Source: Candidatus Poribacteria bacterium (lineage in GTDB: Bacteria > Poribacteria > WGA-4E > PCPOR2b). From it: DNA of 64,000 nt. The notes under the pieces were generated by a model. It was not told the DNA's origin. It made no database searches and saw only the letters and a program-made list of their open reading frames with translations. The first letter of the stretch is position 1. Each line of letters opens with the position of its first letter. Made by a program: the position numbers and the translations under genes. Of this stretch, positions 1 through 9,100 are shown in pieces. The DNA lies in contig OZ242326.1 of assembly GCA_965208325.1 (NCBI GenBank), positions 3,360,001-3,424,000 on the forward strand. Reading direction: 5' to 3'.

Positions 1-172
1 TGCCGATAAGCAGACGCAGTTCATGGACGCCTTGGAGTTCGTCAACAATACTCTGGAAGCCCGAAAGGAAGAAGTATCCGACCGCGAACCTCGCCTTCTC
101 GGTCGAATCGAGGAGGAGGTTAATGTGTTCAACCAGCTTTTCGTTGCGGTTGTCGATGATGTCGTGCGGCAT
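1..172 (-). CDS. N-terminus of PLD-domain / SNF2-family helicase (partial, runs off left edge)
   Basis: Manual translation from ATG at 172: MPHDIIDNRNEKLVEHINLLLDSTEKARFAVGYFFLSGFQSIVDELQGVHELRLLIG. The IIDN...AVGYF.LSG...RLLIG pattern is typical of PLD-SNF2 helicase N-termini. Not in the ORF track. Confidence 0.8.
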   Translation of the reverse strand, partial: MPHDIIDNRNEKLVEHINLLLDSTEKARFAVGYFFLSGFQSIVDELQGVHELRLLIG

Positions 173-270
173 GCCCTTTTACGTATGATCTTAAATCAGG
201 ATTTTCGCTTTCTGAGGTAGCTTTACATTTTAAATGGTGTCTTTTTTGAGGAGATGTTTCCATCGAAGAA

Positions 271-663
271 TCACAAGATCCATGATTCGAGCCGATCTGC
301 GATTGCTTCAAGATCTGTCAAAGTACCATCGGCAATACGAAGACCAAGCTCGATTATAGACTCATTGATGTCGAGACGCAGGGAACAACCATTCATCGCA
401 AGAAACCAGAGTGCGCAATCCAAACCTATGCGCTTATTCCCGTCGAGGAAAATATGTCCTGTAATAATGTGATGGGCATATAGTGCAGCTTTTTGGGTCA
501 GAGTCGGGAACAATTCCGTGTCATTCAATGATTCGCCGACCATTTGAACCAAATAGCGCAGTTGATTTTCTTTCAACAACTGATAGTTGCGCACATGCCT
601 GTGGGCAACCATCAGAATATCCTCAACCGTCAAATATCTCAGAAATTGGATAGCACTTTCCAT
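271..663 (-). CDS. doc: Fic/Doc family toxin (death-on-curing type)
   Basis: 130 aa with HIFLDGNKR, the Doc-type HxFxDGNKR motif. Confidence 0.85.
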   Translation of the reverse strand: MESAIQFLRYLTVEDILMVAHRHVRNYQLLKENQLRYLVQMVGESLNDTELFPTLTQKAALYAHHIITGHIFLDGNKRIGLDCALWFLAMNGCSLRLDINESIIELGLRIADGTLTDLEAIADRLESWIL

Positions 664-1271
664 GCAGGTTTGTAGTTATTGACAATTTCTTCGCCTAGCC
701 ATGAGTTGTAGATTGCACGTCCTATTTGTTCAAGAAAAGATTCATCGTACCACCCGCCGATGTTAGCATGTTCTCGCGCTAACTTGATGAAACCTTCGCG
801 TGACTTTGGTTTTGGCCGTGCCATAGTCTTCGATTTGGCGCCGGATAGCTTTTCTACTAAAGCATGATAAATTTCTTCAACGGTCATTGAACGCCCATCA
901 AAATATCCGGCGGTCAAAAGGAATTTTGGCACTTCTGTGGCGTCAAGCCGGATTGGCAAAATCTTTTCTCGGTTCTCCTCAACGAATGCCCTTGCCTGAG
1001 CGCTGTGAAGTTCATGGTTCGTCCACAACCCCTGTGCATAGCGTTCAGAAAGGAATATGACGCAGTAACGCGCCCGATCTGTGTAAGCAGAAGATAAGTG
1101 AACATAAAGATTTTTGCCCCAAAGTTTCGCCCGTTCAATTGTGTCATTAAAGATGGAATACCCTCCACCCGTGAGAAGCTTGGCTAAATGTTCGGCGTAG
1201 TGTCGATCTTCACCCGCAAACGACAAGGCAACGTCATATTGTCTCTCGTTCATGTTTCGCTCCATTATCAT
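639..1271 (-). CDS. TIR domain protein with about 60-aa C-terminal extension
   Basis: YDVALSFAGEDR, LWGKNL, WTNHEL (catalytic-type Glu), ILPIRLD. Overlaps doc by 25 nt. Confidence 0.85.
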   Translation of the reverse strand: MIMERNMNERQYDVALSFAGEDRHYAEHLAKLLTGGGYSIFNDTIERAKLWGKNLYVHLSSAYTDRARYCVIFLSERYAQGLWTNHELHSAQARAFVEENREKILPIRLDATEVPKFLLTAGYFDGRSMTVEEIYHALVEKLSGAKSKTMARPKPKSREGFIKLAREHANIGGWYDESFLEQIGRAIYNSWLGEEIVNNYKPAWKVLSNF

Positions 1272-1414
1272 ATTTTGAATTTTTATTCACCGCTCATGAT
1301 AGTATACCATATGAGATTGAGTCCACTACAGAATTGATAAGTTTGGAATCGAATCGCCGTGAACCGTATGCCATTTCGGACGCCTGCGTGCGAGGGGCGT
1401 CTGTTACAAAACCC

Positions 1415-2209
1415 CTAACTCCATTTCGGATAGTCGCGTATCTGTAAATCTGCGGGCCATTCGGACATATTATCGCCTTTTCGGCCGCGGTTTCGGACTT
1501 TGACCGTGTTCAGCGACCGTTTACGCGCCCAAGCGGTGCCCATTTGCTTGACAAACAGGGGGACCGAATCTTCACGGCACTGATCTCGAATCTCGGCGAC
1601 CCACGCCTCATTCATAGGTCTCGCACCGGGACCTGATTCCCCTCCGACGATCACCCAATGTATACCGTGTAATCTGAGTTGACCGAGCCGCCCAAGCAAA
1701 GGTTCCAGTGACAGGAATTTGAGTTGCGCTCCGGTGGCTCGGAGATAGTCAATCCGGAAGGTGTATTCCGCGCTTTCCACACTTACCCCCATCCAGACAT
1801 TCGGCAGCCAGCGCAATTTGGGGCTCAATTCGGCGAGGCGTTCGGCTCGTTTGGTGAGGACTTGAAATTGGTGCCGGCCAGCCCGTCTCATGACATCAAA
1901 GACCTCTTGAATGTATTTTAACGGCACGTCCTCATGGAACAGGTCGCTCATGGAGTTTACAAAAATCAAGCGAGGTTTTTTCCATTTTAAGGGTTGATCC
2001 AAAACGCCGGGCACACGTTGAACGCGATTCGTCCACCGAGGTCCGGCACTCGTCATTTTCGCAATCCCCTCGTATGCCAAACCCTTCTGAGCGAATCGCG
2101 CGGCAATGCGTTCGGCATAGCAGTAACGGCAGCCTTCAGAGACGCGGCTGCAGCCGCGCACCGGATTCCAAGTCGATTCCGTCCACTCTATCTTCGTCTG
2201 CGTGACCAT
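1415..2209 (-). CDS. Phage Gp37/Gp68 (DUF5131) radical-SAM-like protein
   Basis: TKIEWT, WNPVRGCSRVSEGCRYCYA, FVNSMSDLFH, FLSLEPLL, WVIVGGESG. Confidence 0.92.
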   Translation of the reverse strand: MVTQTKIEWTESTWNPVRGCSRVSEGCRYCYAERIAARFAQKGLAYEGIAKMTSAGPRWTNRVQRVPGVLDQPLKWKKPRLIFVNSMSDLFHEDVPLKYIQEVFDVMRRAGRHQFQVLTKRAERLAELSPKLRWLPNVWMGVSVESAEYTFRIDYLRATGAQLKFLSLEPLLGRLGQLRLHGIHWVIVGGESGPGARPMNEAWVAEIRDQCREDSVPLFVKQMGTAWARKRSLNTVKVRNRGRKGDNMSEWPADLQIRDYPKWS

Positions 2210-2385
2210 TGCCGTTTACTTTCTCAAGATGTCTTGCGCAATTTTTGCAGCGGTTGAGACACGCTTTGAGCTAAGGGCTAAAATTGCCGATTTCGTATTG
2301 TCATGTGCTGCGTTCAACCCGCTCCTAGGCTTGCATGCCGGTTGTCGGCAGCGTTTCTAATGTTCCTTGATGCGATTAGCCAGCG

Positions 2386-2532
2386 TTAGCCTATTTTGCT
2401 TAGTTCGCTTATCGGCGCTGCGGCGATGAGGATAGCGTTCAAGGTTTTGACCCAGAAACTGTTACGATTCAGGTGGTTAATTACGGCTTGAATGATTTTG
2501 AGGTGTTCTACGACTTTTTCGGTACCGTTCAT
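2386..2532 (-). pseudogene. Truncated membrane-protein gene fragment (48 aa)
   Basis: MNGTEKVVEHLKIIQAVINHLNRNSFWVKTLNAILIAAAPISELSKIG*. Resembles the N-terminus of the HLxxIQxVIxRMxxNSFxxKGW small membrane protein family, recalled as frequent neighbours of TIR genes. Confidence 0.55.
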
Positions 2533-2547
2533 GGGAGTGCTGTGCTT

Positions 2548-2589
2548 TGTCTGAATCGCGGATTGCCGCGGATTAAGGGATTACACGGA
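2548..2589 (+). repeat. 42-bp direct repeat, copy 1
   Basis: TGTCTGAATCGCGGATTGCCGCGGATTAAGGGATTACACGGA, identical to 3916-3957. Confidence 0.95.
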
Positions 2590-2665
2590 GGGGATTCGTT
2601 TGAAATGCCAATGTTTACAAATCGCGTTGGCGTTCTTGTTGAGGCTGGGTATTATGAATTCGCCT

Positions 2666-3889
2666 CTAGGTTTCGTCGTTATCTTGCAACGATTTTGCGG
2701 CGAAAATGGTCAAGCGCAACTCCTCGCCGAAGAGTTCATACACAGGGGTTTTGCCGCTAAGTTCCTGGCTTTCATTGAGAATGATTCCGACCCCTTCGCC
2801 CCGGCGCTCAAGAAAGTGCCGCCTTGCTACCTGCCTGCCCATATTGTCGTCAAGTGATGTATCGGAAAGTAGGCGTGCGAGGAGTTCGTTTCGGGTTGCT
2901 TGGTTGAAAGGTAAATCGTCCACGGTTAAGGTGTTTGCCAGTGCGCCGGGCGCATAGAGTTCCAGCCGGTCTGTGAACATGAACAGACGAATCTTCGAGC
3001 CGGCTTTTGAATAATCCCGGTGGACAACCGCATTAACGATTGCTTCAAAAACAGCTCTCATACTGTATTGTGAACGTTCTATTCTGCCGATGTCCTTGCG
3101 GGCTGAGACTTGGTTGTATCTTTCAACAAATTTGAATGCGTCCGCAATCTGTTGGTCGAGCGGTCCCCTAAAATCCTTAGCGTCAATCTGGTAGTTCGCA
3201 TCCTTTTTCAAGCCGTTATAAAAAACGGCTTGAATGAAGCTGTTATAGAGGAAATCGTCGGGGCTGTCATGACACATCAACAGGCCGGCTACCGAGGCGC
3301 GGCAATCTTGACCGTCTTTGACCAGCAAACGTCTTTTGAGTAGCAGGTCTTCTACGTTCTCCCGATCCGTTGCTCCCGTTGAGATAAATCGCTGATACAG
3401 CTTTTCCCTTAGTGTGTCTTTGTGAGTGTTCGGTACAAACTGCTCATCAAAAGAGATTCTGTGTGCCTGCGAGCGGCTTTGCAACAACCGCCCCAACTGC
3501 TCGGTGGTCATCTCTCTTCTACTGCTGCCTTGGCGTATAAAATAACCGTTAGACGATTTATGTACAAATGCGCTTGGCGGCACATCTATTTTCAACAGAA
3601 TCTTATCCTCAACCCGCAGTTTTTCTGTAACAATGTAAACCATAGGATCAATGTTGTCGCTGCATATTTCAACCACTGTTTTCTCTGTCGTGTCGAGGTC
3701 CTGGCGGTCAATACCGACGATTTGGCTGTCATCGCCGACGCCGATTAGAATCACCCCACCGTTCGCGTTGGCAAACGCAACGATTTCATCGGCGAACTCC
3801 TCTCTGTGAGGCAACTCTCTTTTGAATTCAATCGTTGCGTCTTCGCCCAGATATATTTTTTCAGTGAGTTCGGTTATGCTGTTAAACAT
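2666..3889 (-). CDS. AlbA_2/Schlafen-like DNA-binding domain plus HATPase (RecG C-terminal-like) protein
   Basis: GEDATIEFK, IVAFANANGGVILIGV, EAIVNAVVHRDY, ERRGEGV. Confidence 0.9.
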   Translation of the reverse strand: MFNSITELTEKIYLGEDATIEFKRELPHREEFADEIVAFANANGGVILIGVGDDSQIVGIDRQDLDTTEKTVVEICSDNIDPMVYIVTEKLRVEDKILLKIDVPPSAFVHKSSNGYFIRQGSSRREMTTEQLGRLLQSRSQAHRISFDEQFVPNTHKDTLREKLYQRFISTGATDRENVEDLLLKRRLLVKDGQDCRASVAGLLMCHDSPDDFLYNSFIQAVFYNGLKKDANYQIDAKDFRGPLDQQIADAFKFVERYNQVSARKDIGRIERSQYSMRAVFEAIVNAVVHRDYSKAGSKIRLFMFTDRLELYAPGALANTLTVDDLPFNQATRNELLARLLSDTSLDDNMGRQVARRHFLERRGEGVGIILNESQELSGKTPVYELFGEELRLTIFAAKSLQDNDET

Positions 3890-3915
3890 CGCTAATTCTC
3901 AAATCAATATACTAA

Positions 3916-3957
3916 TGTCTGAATCGCGGATTGCCGCGGATTAAGGGATTACACGGA
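3916..3957 (+). repeat. 42-bp direct repeat, copy 2
   Basis: Identical to 2548-2589. Confidence 0.95.
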
Positions 3958-3989
3958 TTAAATTCTCCATTGCTCATGTTTGGGGATTG

Positions 3990-4538
3990 TCACTTCCTTA
4001 TCAGAGTTAGCGCTTCAAGAAATGAACGTACATTTTCGATTTGTGTCTTATTGAGATCCCATCCATATTCTTGAGCGATTTGTCGAATCTGTTCTGTTGT
4101 GCTACTTCTCTGCTGTTTGACGATATAACGCACTTTTGCAGCGATTGAGAGCATGTTAAAATCGTGCGCCAACCTTTGTCCGTTCAGCCTGTCAAGTGTT
4201 TTCTGCCAATCCGCGTATCCCACCTCCTTTTCAATCTCCTTCATTACGATGTCGCCATCAGGAGTTAAAGAATAGGTATGACGGCGGATTTCGCCAAAGA
4301 TATTCCGGTCAGTTTCAAAAGTCTCTGTTACTTCATTGAGGAAACGTGCGCTGACAAGAATGTCCAGATTGTCTGCAACCAAACTGCTATAAGGTCCATA
4401 GTAGTGCGGACGGAAACCGAGGTCGATCTCCTTCAATTCCGAGAGAAAATAAAGTTTCTTTTGAAGGGTGGTTCGCCCCCGGAGGCTTTTCTCCACCTCA
4501 CTTCCAATGACAAGTAGGATTAGGTCTTGAATATGCAT
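3990..4538 (-). CDS. YwgA-like / SocA-Panacea-like winged-helix protein
   Basis: GRTTLQKKLYFL, FRPHYYGPYS, YSLTPDG. Directly downstream of the HD hydrolase. Confidence 0.7.
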   Translation of the reverse strand: MHIQDLILLVIGSEVEKSLRGRTTLQKKLYFLSELKEIDLGFRPHYYGPYSSLVADNLDILVSARFLNEVTETFETDRNIFGEIRRHTYSLTPDGDIVMKEIEKEVGYADWQKTLDRLNGQRLAHDFNMLSIAAKVRYIVKQQRSSTTEQIRQIAQEYGWDLNKTQIENVRSFLEALTLIRK

Positions 4539-4582
4539 ACAAACTCCTTTTTTTCAGAGACAATACCCTATGACTCCCCTTC

Positions 4583-5926
4583 TCAGGGAGCTAGTAAAAT
4601 CTCTTGAACTTTCTTTTGAAGATTTACTTGTTCTGGTTGCCTTTTTACTGTTGATAAAGCATTCCAATCATCCCGCGGGGCATAAACTTGCACGATTTCC
4701 AAATCAACTTCATCGGCGGGTGGTCGGGCTATAATGATTTCATAGTCACCGAGACTTCTTAGATCGCTTTGCTTTTCATCAAATATCATAATCGCCTCTG
4801 GATTGAGGCTATAACTTTGACCTCCATAGTTGGGGTTATGAATCTGAAATTTGTTGACAATTACATAATCGGCATCAATTTCGAGATGTTCTGCAATTTC
4901 TTCTTCCCACTTCCGTTTGTGCTTACCATCCACTTGGTGGAGTCGTCTCTTATCTATCGGATTCTTTACGTCCTTTAGTGATAGTTCACCAATCATCTTG
5001 AACAATCTTCTTTCGTAAAGTCGCTCGAAAATATTACGGGCTTTTTCTTGGCAGCACTGCTTTAGGAGGGCAACTAACCGTTCGTCATGATACTCCATGT
5101 ACTTTGTAATGAATTCTGATGTTCCATCGTATCGGTAAAGACGATCTAACTGCTGATTCCCATCTCGAATTGCGAGTTCAATGCCACAAATTATCATCGC
5201 ATCCGAGATTAACCTGACCCGATGGCGATATACCTGCTGAGTCATGTGGTGCTTTGCGAGTAGAAGTTGTTCAAGGGCGTGAATGCCCTCATCACTAATT
5301 GCCAACCCTTTGCGGTGTACTCGGCACGATTCAATGATTTTCTCCAAATCGTACGTCCCATATTTGACCCCGGCGAAGTATGAATCCCGCAAGAGATAGT
5401 CCATTTTGTCAGCGTCCAGATCGCTGGAAACGATGTCACGCTGAAAATCTCTCGATGTTTTCCCTTCAATCATTTCGATGACGAATTGACGTTCTGTATC
5501 ACTAAGTATTGCGCCGATTTCTGAATCACTCCTAATGATGTCAACGGTAACTTTCTCGTGGATTTTCTCAAGGGTTGATTGCCCATTCCCCGGCGCGTAC
5601 TTATCTAGAAGATGCTCGGAAACGTGGCTAAAAGGTCCATGACCGATGTCGTGAAGCAATGCAGCAAGCCGAACTTGATCGCACGTTACATCTATATCAC
5701 TAAATTGTTCGAGCCGATCGCAGATTCGACCAGCGATGTGCATTACACCAAGAGAATGATCGAAACGGGTATGCAAAGTTCCAGGATATACCAGAAAAGC
5801 CATCGCCAATTGACGAATCCGGCGAAGCCTTTGGAAAGCCTTGGTGTTAATTATATCAAGTTCTTTCTGTGAGACTGGAATGAGACCGTGAATTGGATCT
5901 CGAATCTCGTATGATCGCGCTGTCAT
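4583..5926 (-). CDS. HD-domain dNTP triphosphohydrolase (SAMHD1/YwfO-like)
   Basis: IRDPIHG, FQRLRRIRQL, HTRFDHSLG, LLHDIGHGPFSH, DADKMDYL. Start placed at ATG 5926 because the upstream ATG lies in the promoter. Confidence 0.9.
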   Translation of the reverse strand: MTARSYEIRDPIHGLIPVSQKELDIINTKAFQRLRRIRQLAMAFLVYPGTLHTRFDHSLGVMHIAGRICDRLEQFSDIDVTCDQVRLAALLHDIGHGPFSHVSEHLLDKYAPGNGQSTLEKIHEKVTVDIIRSDSEIGAILSDTERQFVIEMIEGKTSRDFQRDIVSSDLDADKMDYLLRDSYFAGVKYGTYDLEKIIESCRVHRKGLAISDEGIHALEQLLLAKHHMTQQVYRHRVRLISDAMIICGIELAIRDGNQQLDRLYRYDGTSEFITKYMEYHDERLVALLKQCCQEKARNIFERLYERRLFKMIGELSLKDVKNPIDKRRLHQVDGKHKRKWEEEIAEHLEIDADYVIVNKFQIHNPNYGGQSYSLNPEAIMIFDEKQSDLRSLGDYEIIIARPPADEVDLEIVQVYAPRDDWNALSTVKRQPEQVNLQKKVQEILLAP

Positions 5927-5944
5927 GACGAATAATTTGGTTAT

Positions 5945-6084
5945 AGTATAACACACATATGTTAAGTATTACAATAAATTCGTAAAAATTGGCTCACAGA
6001 AAGATACAAAACTATCAAGTTTTCCGACCCCTAGATTCGAAAACTTGTATAGTAAAGTATGTCACACACATGTTAAGGTGTCAA
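5945..6084 (-). promoter_or_regulatory. Tandem sigma70-like promoters sharing a 22-bp repeat
   Basis: Minus strand TTGACA-17-CATACT and TTGTAA-18-TATACT. 5945-5966 and 6056-6077 match at 19/22. Confidence 0.6.
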
Positions 6085-6107
6085 CGGTATCGCAAGGCAA
6101 CTCACTT

Positions 6108-9100
6108 TCACCCTTTCAAACTACTCGCCTTCCGCAGGCGGGCCTGCACAAGATCAATAACCGCTTCATGTACGGCACCGCGTTCACCTTGTGTGAGGTT
6201 GAGGGCGTTGAATACCAAATCATCTAGTCGCTTGCGAACTTTATCGTTTATCTCAAGCATATCCGCTGCGTTTAACACCCGACATGCCTCCTGTTCGTCG
6301 ATCATGGATGGGTTAGGGATAACAATATTCGCTGTCTCATAAGTCTCGATCTTCAACAATCCGCCACCGAAATTAGTCCTTCCCATCACTGAAACCCAGA
6401 GCTGCGTCCACGAACTATTAAGCGATGCAGCTAAACTAAAAGGGTTTTTCGGATAGTGGATACACTGAAAATTATTACTGACAAAAAATCGTTGAGAGGA
6501 TACAAAATAATGTTGGGTGTACCCAATTTGGTAATTACAGTTAATGTTTGCTGAGTGCGGTGTTCCTAAATCCCACCAATGCGGTCGCCCTCTGCAACTT
6601 GGACGTAAGTGAAATCCCTGCGCTTCTCCCCACTTAATGTATTCTAGAGCATCTGTATGCTTTAATTCTTTGCGCGAACTATTACAATAAAACAGCTTCA
6701 ACGGAAGGACTGATGGATTAACTACAATTTGATTGACTTCTCGCACATTCTTTATTGCGGGTACCAAGAGTTCATCTTCAATGTTCCATTCCGACAAATC
6801 ATCCTCATTTAGAAAGAAAAATTCGTTTGCACCTGTCTTGATATCGAACCGTACCTCGGCGATGTCGCCCAAGCGCACCAGTTTGTCTTTGCCCTTCTCT
6901 AGAATTGTCCAGTAGATGTCCGGTGCGCGGAGGTACTTTCCGCCCCACTTGTCGCCCGTATATTTCGGTTTGGGAGAGGTGTCAACCATACCCGAGTCCA
7001 ATAGCTCTCTTTGCGGCATTGGATCGCCCCGGTGTTCCTTTGTCCTGACCCGTTCCGACGCAGTTTCGATCTCATAAAAAATCACGGGATCTAGGATGGC
7101 TTCAAAAGGGGTATTGAAGGAGACGAATCTTGCCGTACAGTCCAACCCTGACTGTCGTGTGTCGTCGGGTGCGGAAAAGAGAGAGATGACGGTGTTCACA
7201 TCGGCGGATGCGAAGGAACGCCGCGCGCGATTGTCGATAATCTGCTTGATGCGGCAGTACTTTAGGGTGAACTCCTGCAGGTCTTTTCCGTAGCCGACAT
7301 CCAGCCACGAATTGGACGTAATAAAACAGAACGATCCCGTGGGATTGAGTAGTGAAAGCCCGTGGAAATAGAAGTAGATGTAGAGGTCGCTTTTGGCGTC
7401 GAGTTTGTGCGCGACGGCGGTGGCCGGGTTATCCGGTTTGACATCCTTTTCGCGTTTGTAGCCGAAGAACCGCGGAAAGGCTTGGTACACGGAGCGGGCG
7501 AGATTTGCCTTGCGCGCCTTATTGAAAGCCTTCTTTTGTGCGTCCGTCATTTCTTCGCGCGATAGTTTCGGATCCAAAATATTCTCCTGCCGCACATACG
7601 GCGGGTTGCCGATGACGATATCGAACCCGCGTCTGTCGTCGGCAAAGATTTCGACAAAGGCGATGTCCCACACGAACGGCAACGTTCGCGCGTCTGCGAG
7701 TGCGCCGTGAGCTTGGACAAGCCGGTCACGGTCTACGGTCAATGCCTCAATCTGCTTCCGCCGCTCCGCCGCCTCCAGTTCAAATTGGTGAGCGGTTCTC
7801 TCTTCGATTGTGCCATCCAGCCGGATCTGTTGCGCTCTAGGTCCATCGATAAGCTCATGCAAATCGCCAATTTCCGTATTGATATCTTCGGCGCGTGTAT
7901 CTATAAGAGCTTGGAAGAGGGCCCGTTCCTCTTGTTTTAATTCCTTTTCGGAATTGTAAAGACAGGTCTTGTCATTGTTGAAGAACTTGAGCTTTTCATT
8001 TTTGAGACGGGCGGTACGGGTTTTTAAAGATCTTGGTATCTCGCTGAAATCAGCGCGGATTTGGGCGAGGTTGATGCCGCTGATTTCTTGAACGAGGCTG
8101 TCGCCGCATCGTATGTTAAAGGAGAAGTGCGGGAGCAGCGGCTCATTGCGCAATTGGAGTTCTGCGCGTGGAATATCCGCGTCAATGATGAGCGCCAGCC
8201 AGAGCCGCAACTCCGCGACGTGGCACGCCCACTCCATCACGTCCACGCCGTAGAGGTTGCTTCCTATGATTGCCTTCTTGCGGTCGAAACTGGATGCTTC
8301 CCGTCCAAGCGCTCGATTGGCTCTATCCCGCAGGTCGTCGAGGATTTGGAGCATCCCGACGAGGAAAGCGCCGGAACCGCAGGCGGGATCTACAATTGCA
8401 ATGCCGCTTAGCCGCTCTCCAATCGAATCCCAAAGATTTGACTCAATGAGCTTCTTATCGGCGTCGGTTTTGTCGTCCGGGTCAAAGGCGAACACGGCTT
8501 GGTAAAGCGCCGGTTTGTGTTCCTCTCCCAAGTGATTCGCAAGGTTGTCCACCAGCGCGAGCCGGCACATCAGGTCAATCTCGGTGCGCGGGGTGTAGAA
8601 GATGCCGGCATCGCCGCGTTCGTTGGTCTCCGTTGAGACGTTAACGAGGCTTTCGTAGACCTTACCGATCATCTCCGGATCGACGGCGACCTCCTGATCG
8701 AGCGGACTGTCTTCGGCGATAGTGAAGTTGTAGTTTTCAAGAAAATCGAAAATACGCACGAAGCGGGAATCAGAAATCTGGAAATGGTGCGTCTCGTCGA
8801 GGTCGTTCTCGGTGAACAGACCGCCGTTGAGGTAGGGGGCGGACGCCAGCGCTTTCCGGATGTCGTCGGGAAACTGGCGGTGTCCGCCGTGGAATTTGTT
8901 GTTAAACGCCTCGAAGAAGAGGACGTTGAGCCAGTGGTCGACAAATGAATCGTCCGGCTGGTTTGCGGAACGGTAGCTCTCCCAAAACGTCCGCAGAAAG
9001 CCGGAATCGCCGCGGAGCCATCGTTTGCGCTGGATGAAGTAGAGGAACATGCAGCGGTTGAGAAATTGTAGGGAGTAATCGTGCGCCCACTGACGGTCGT

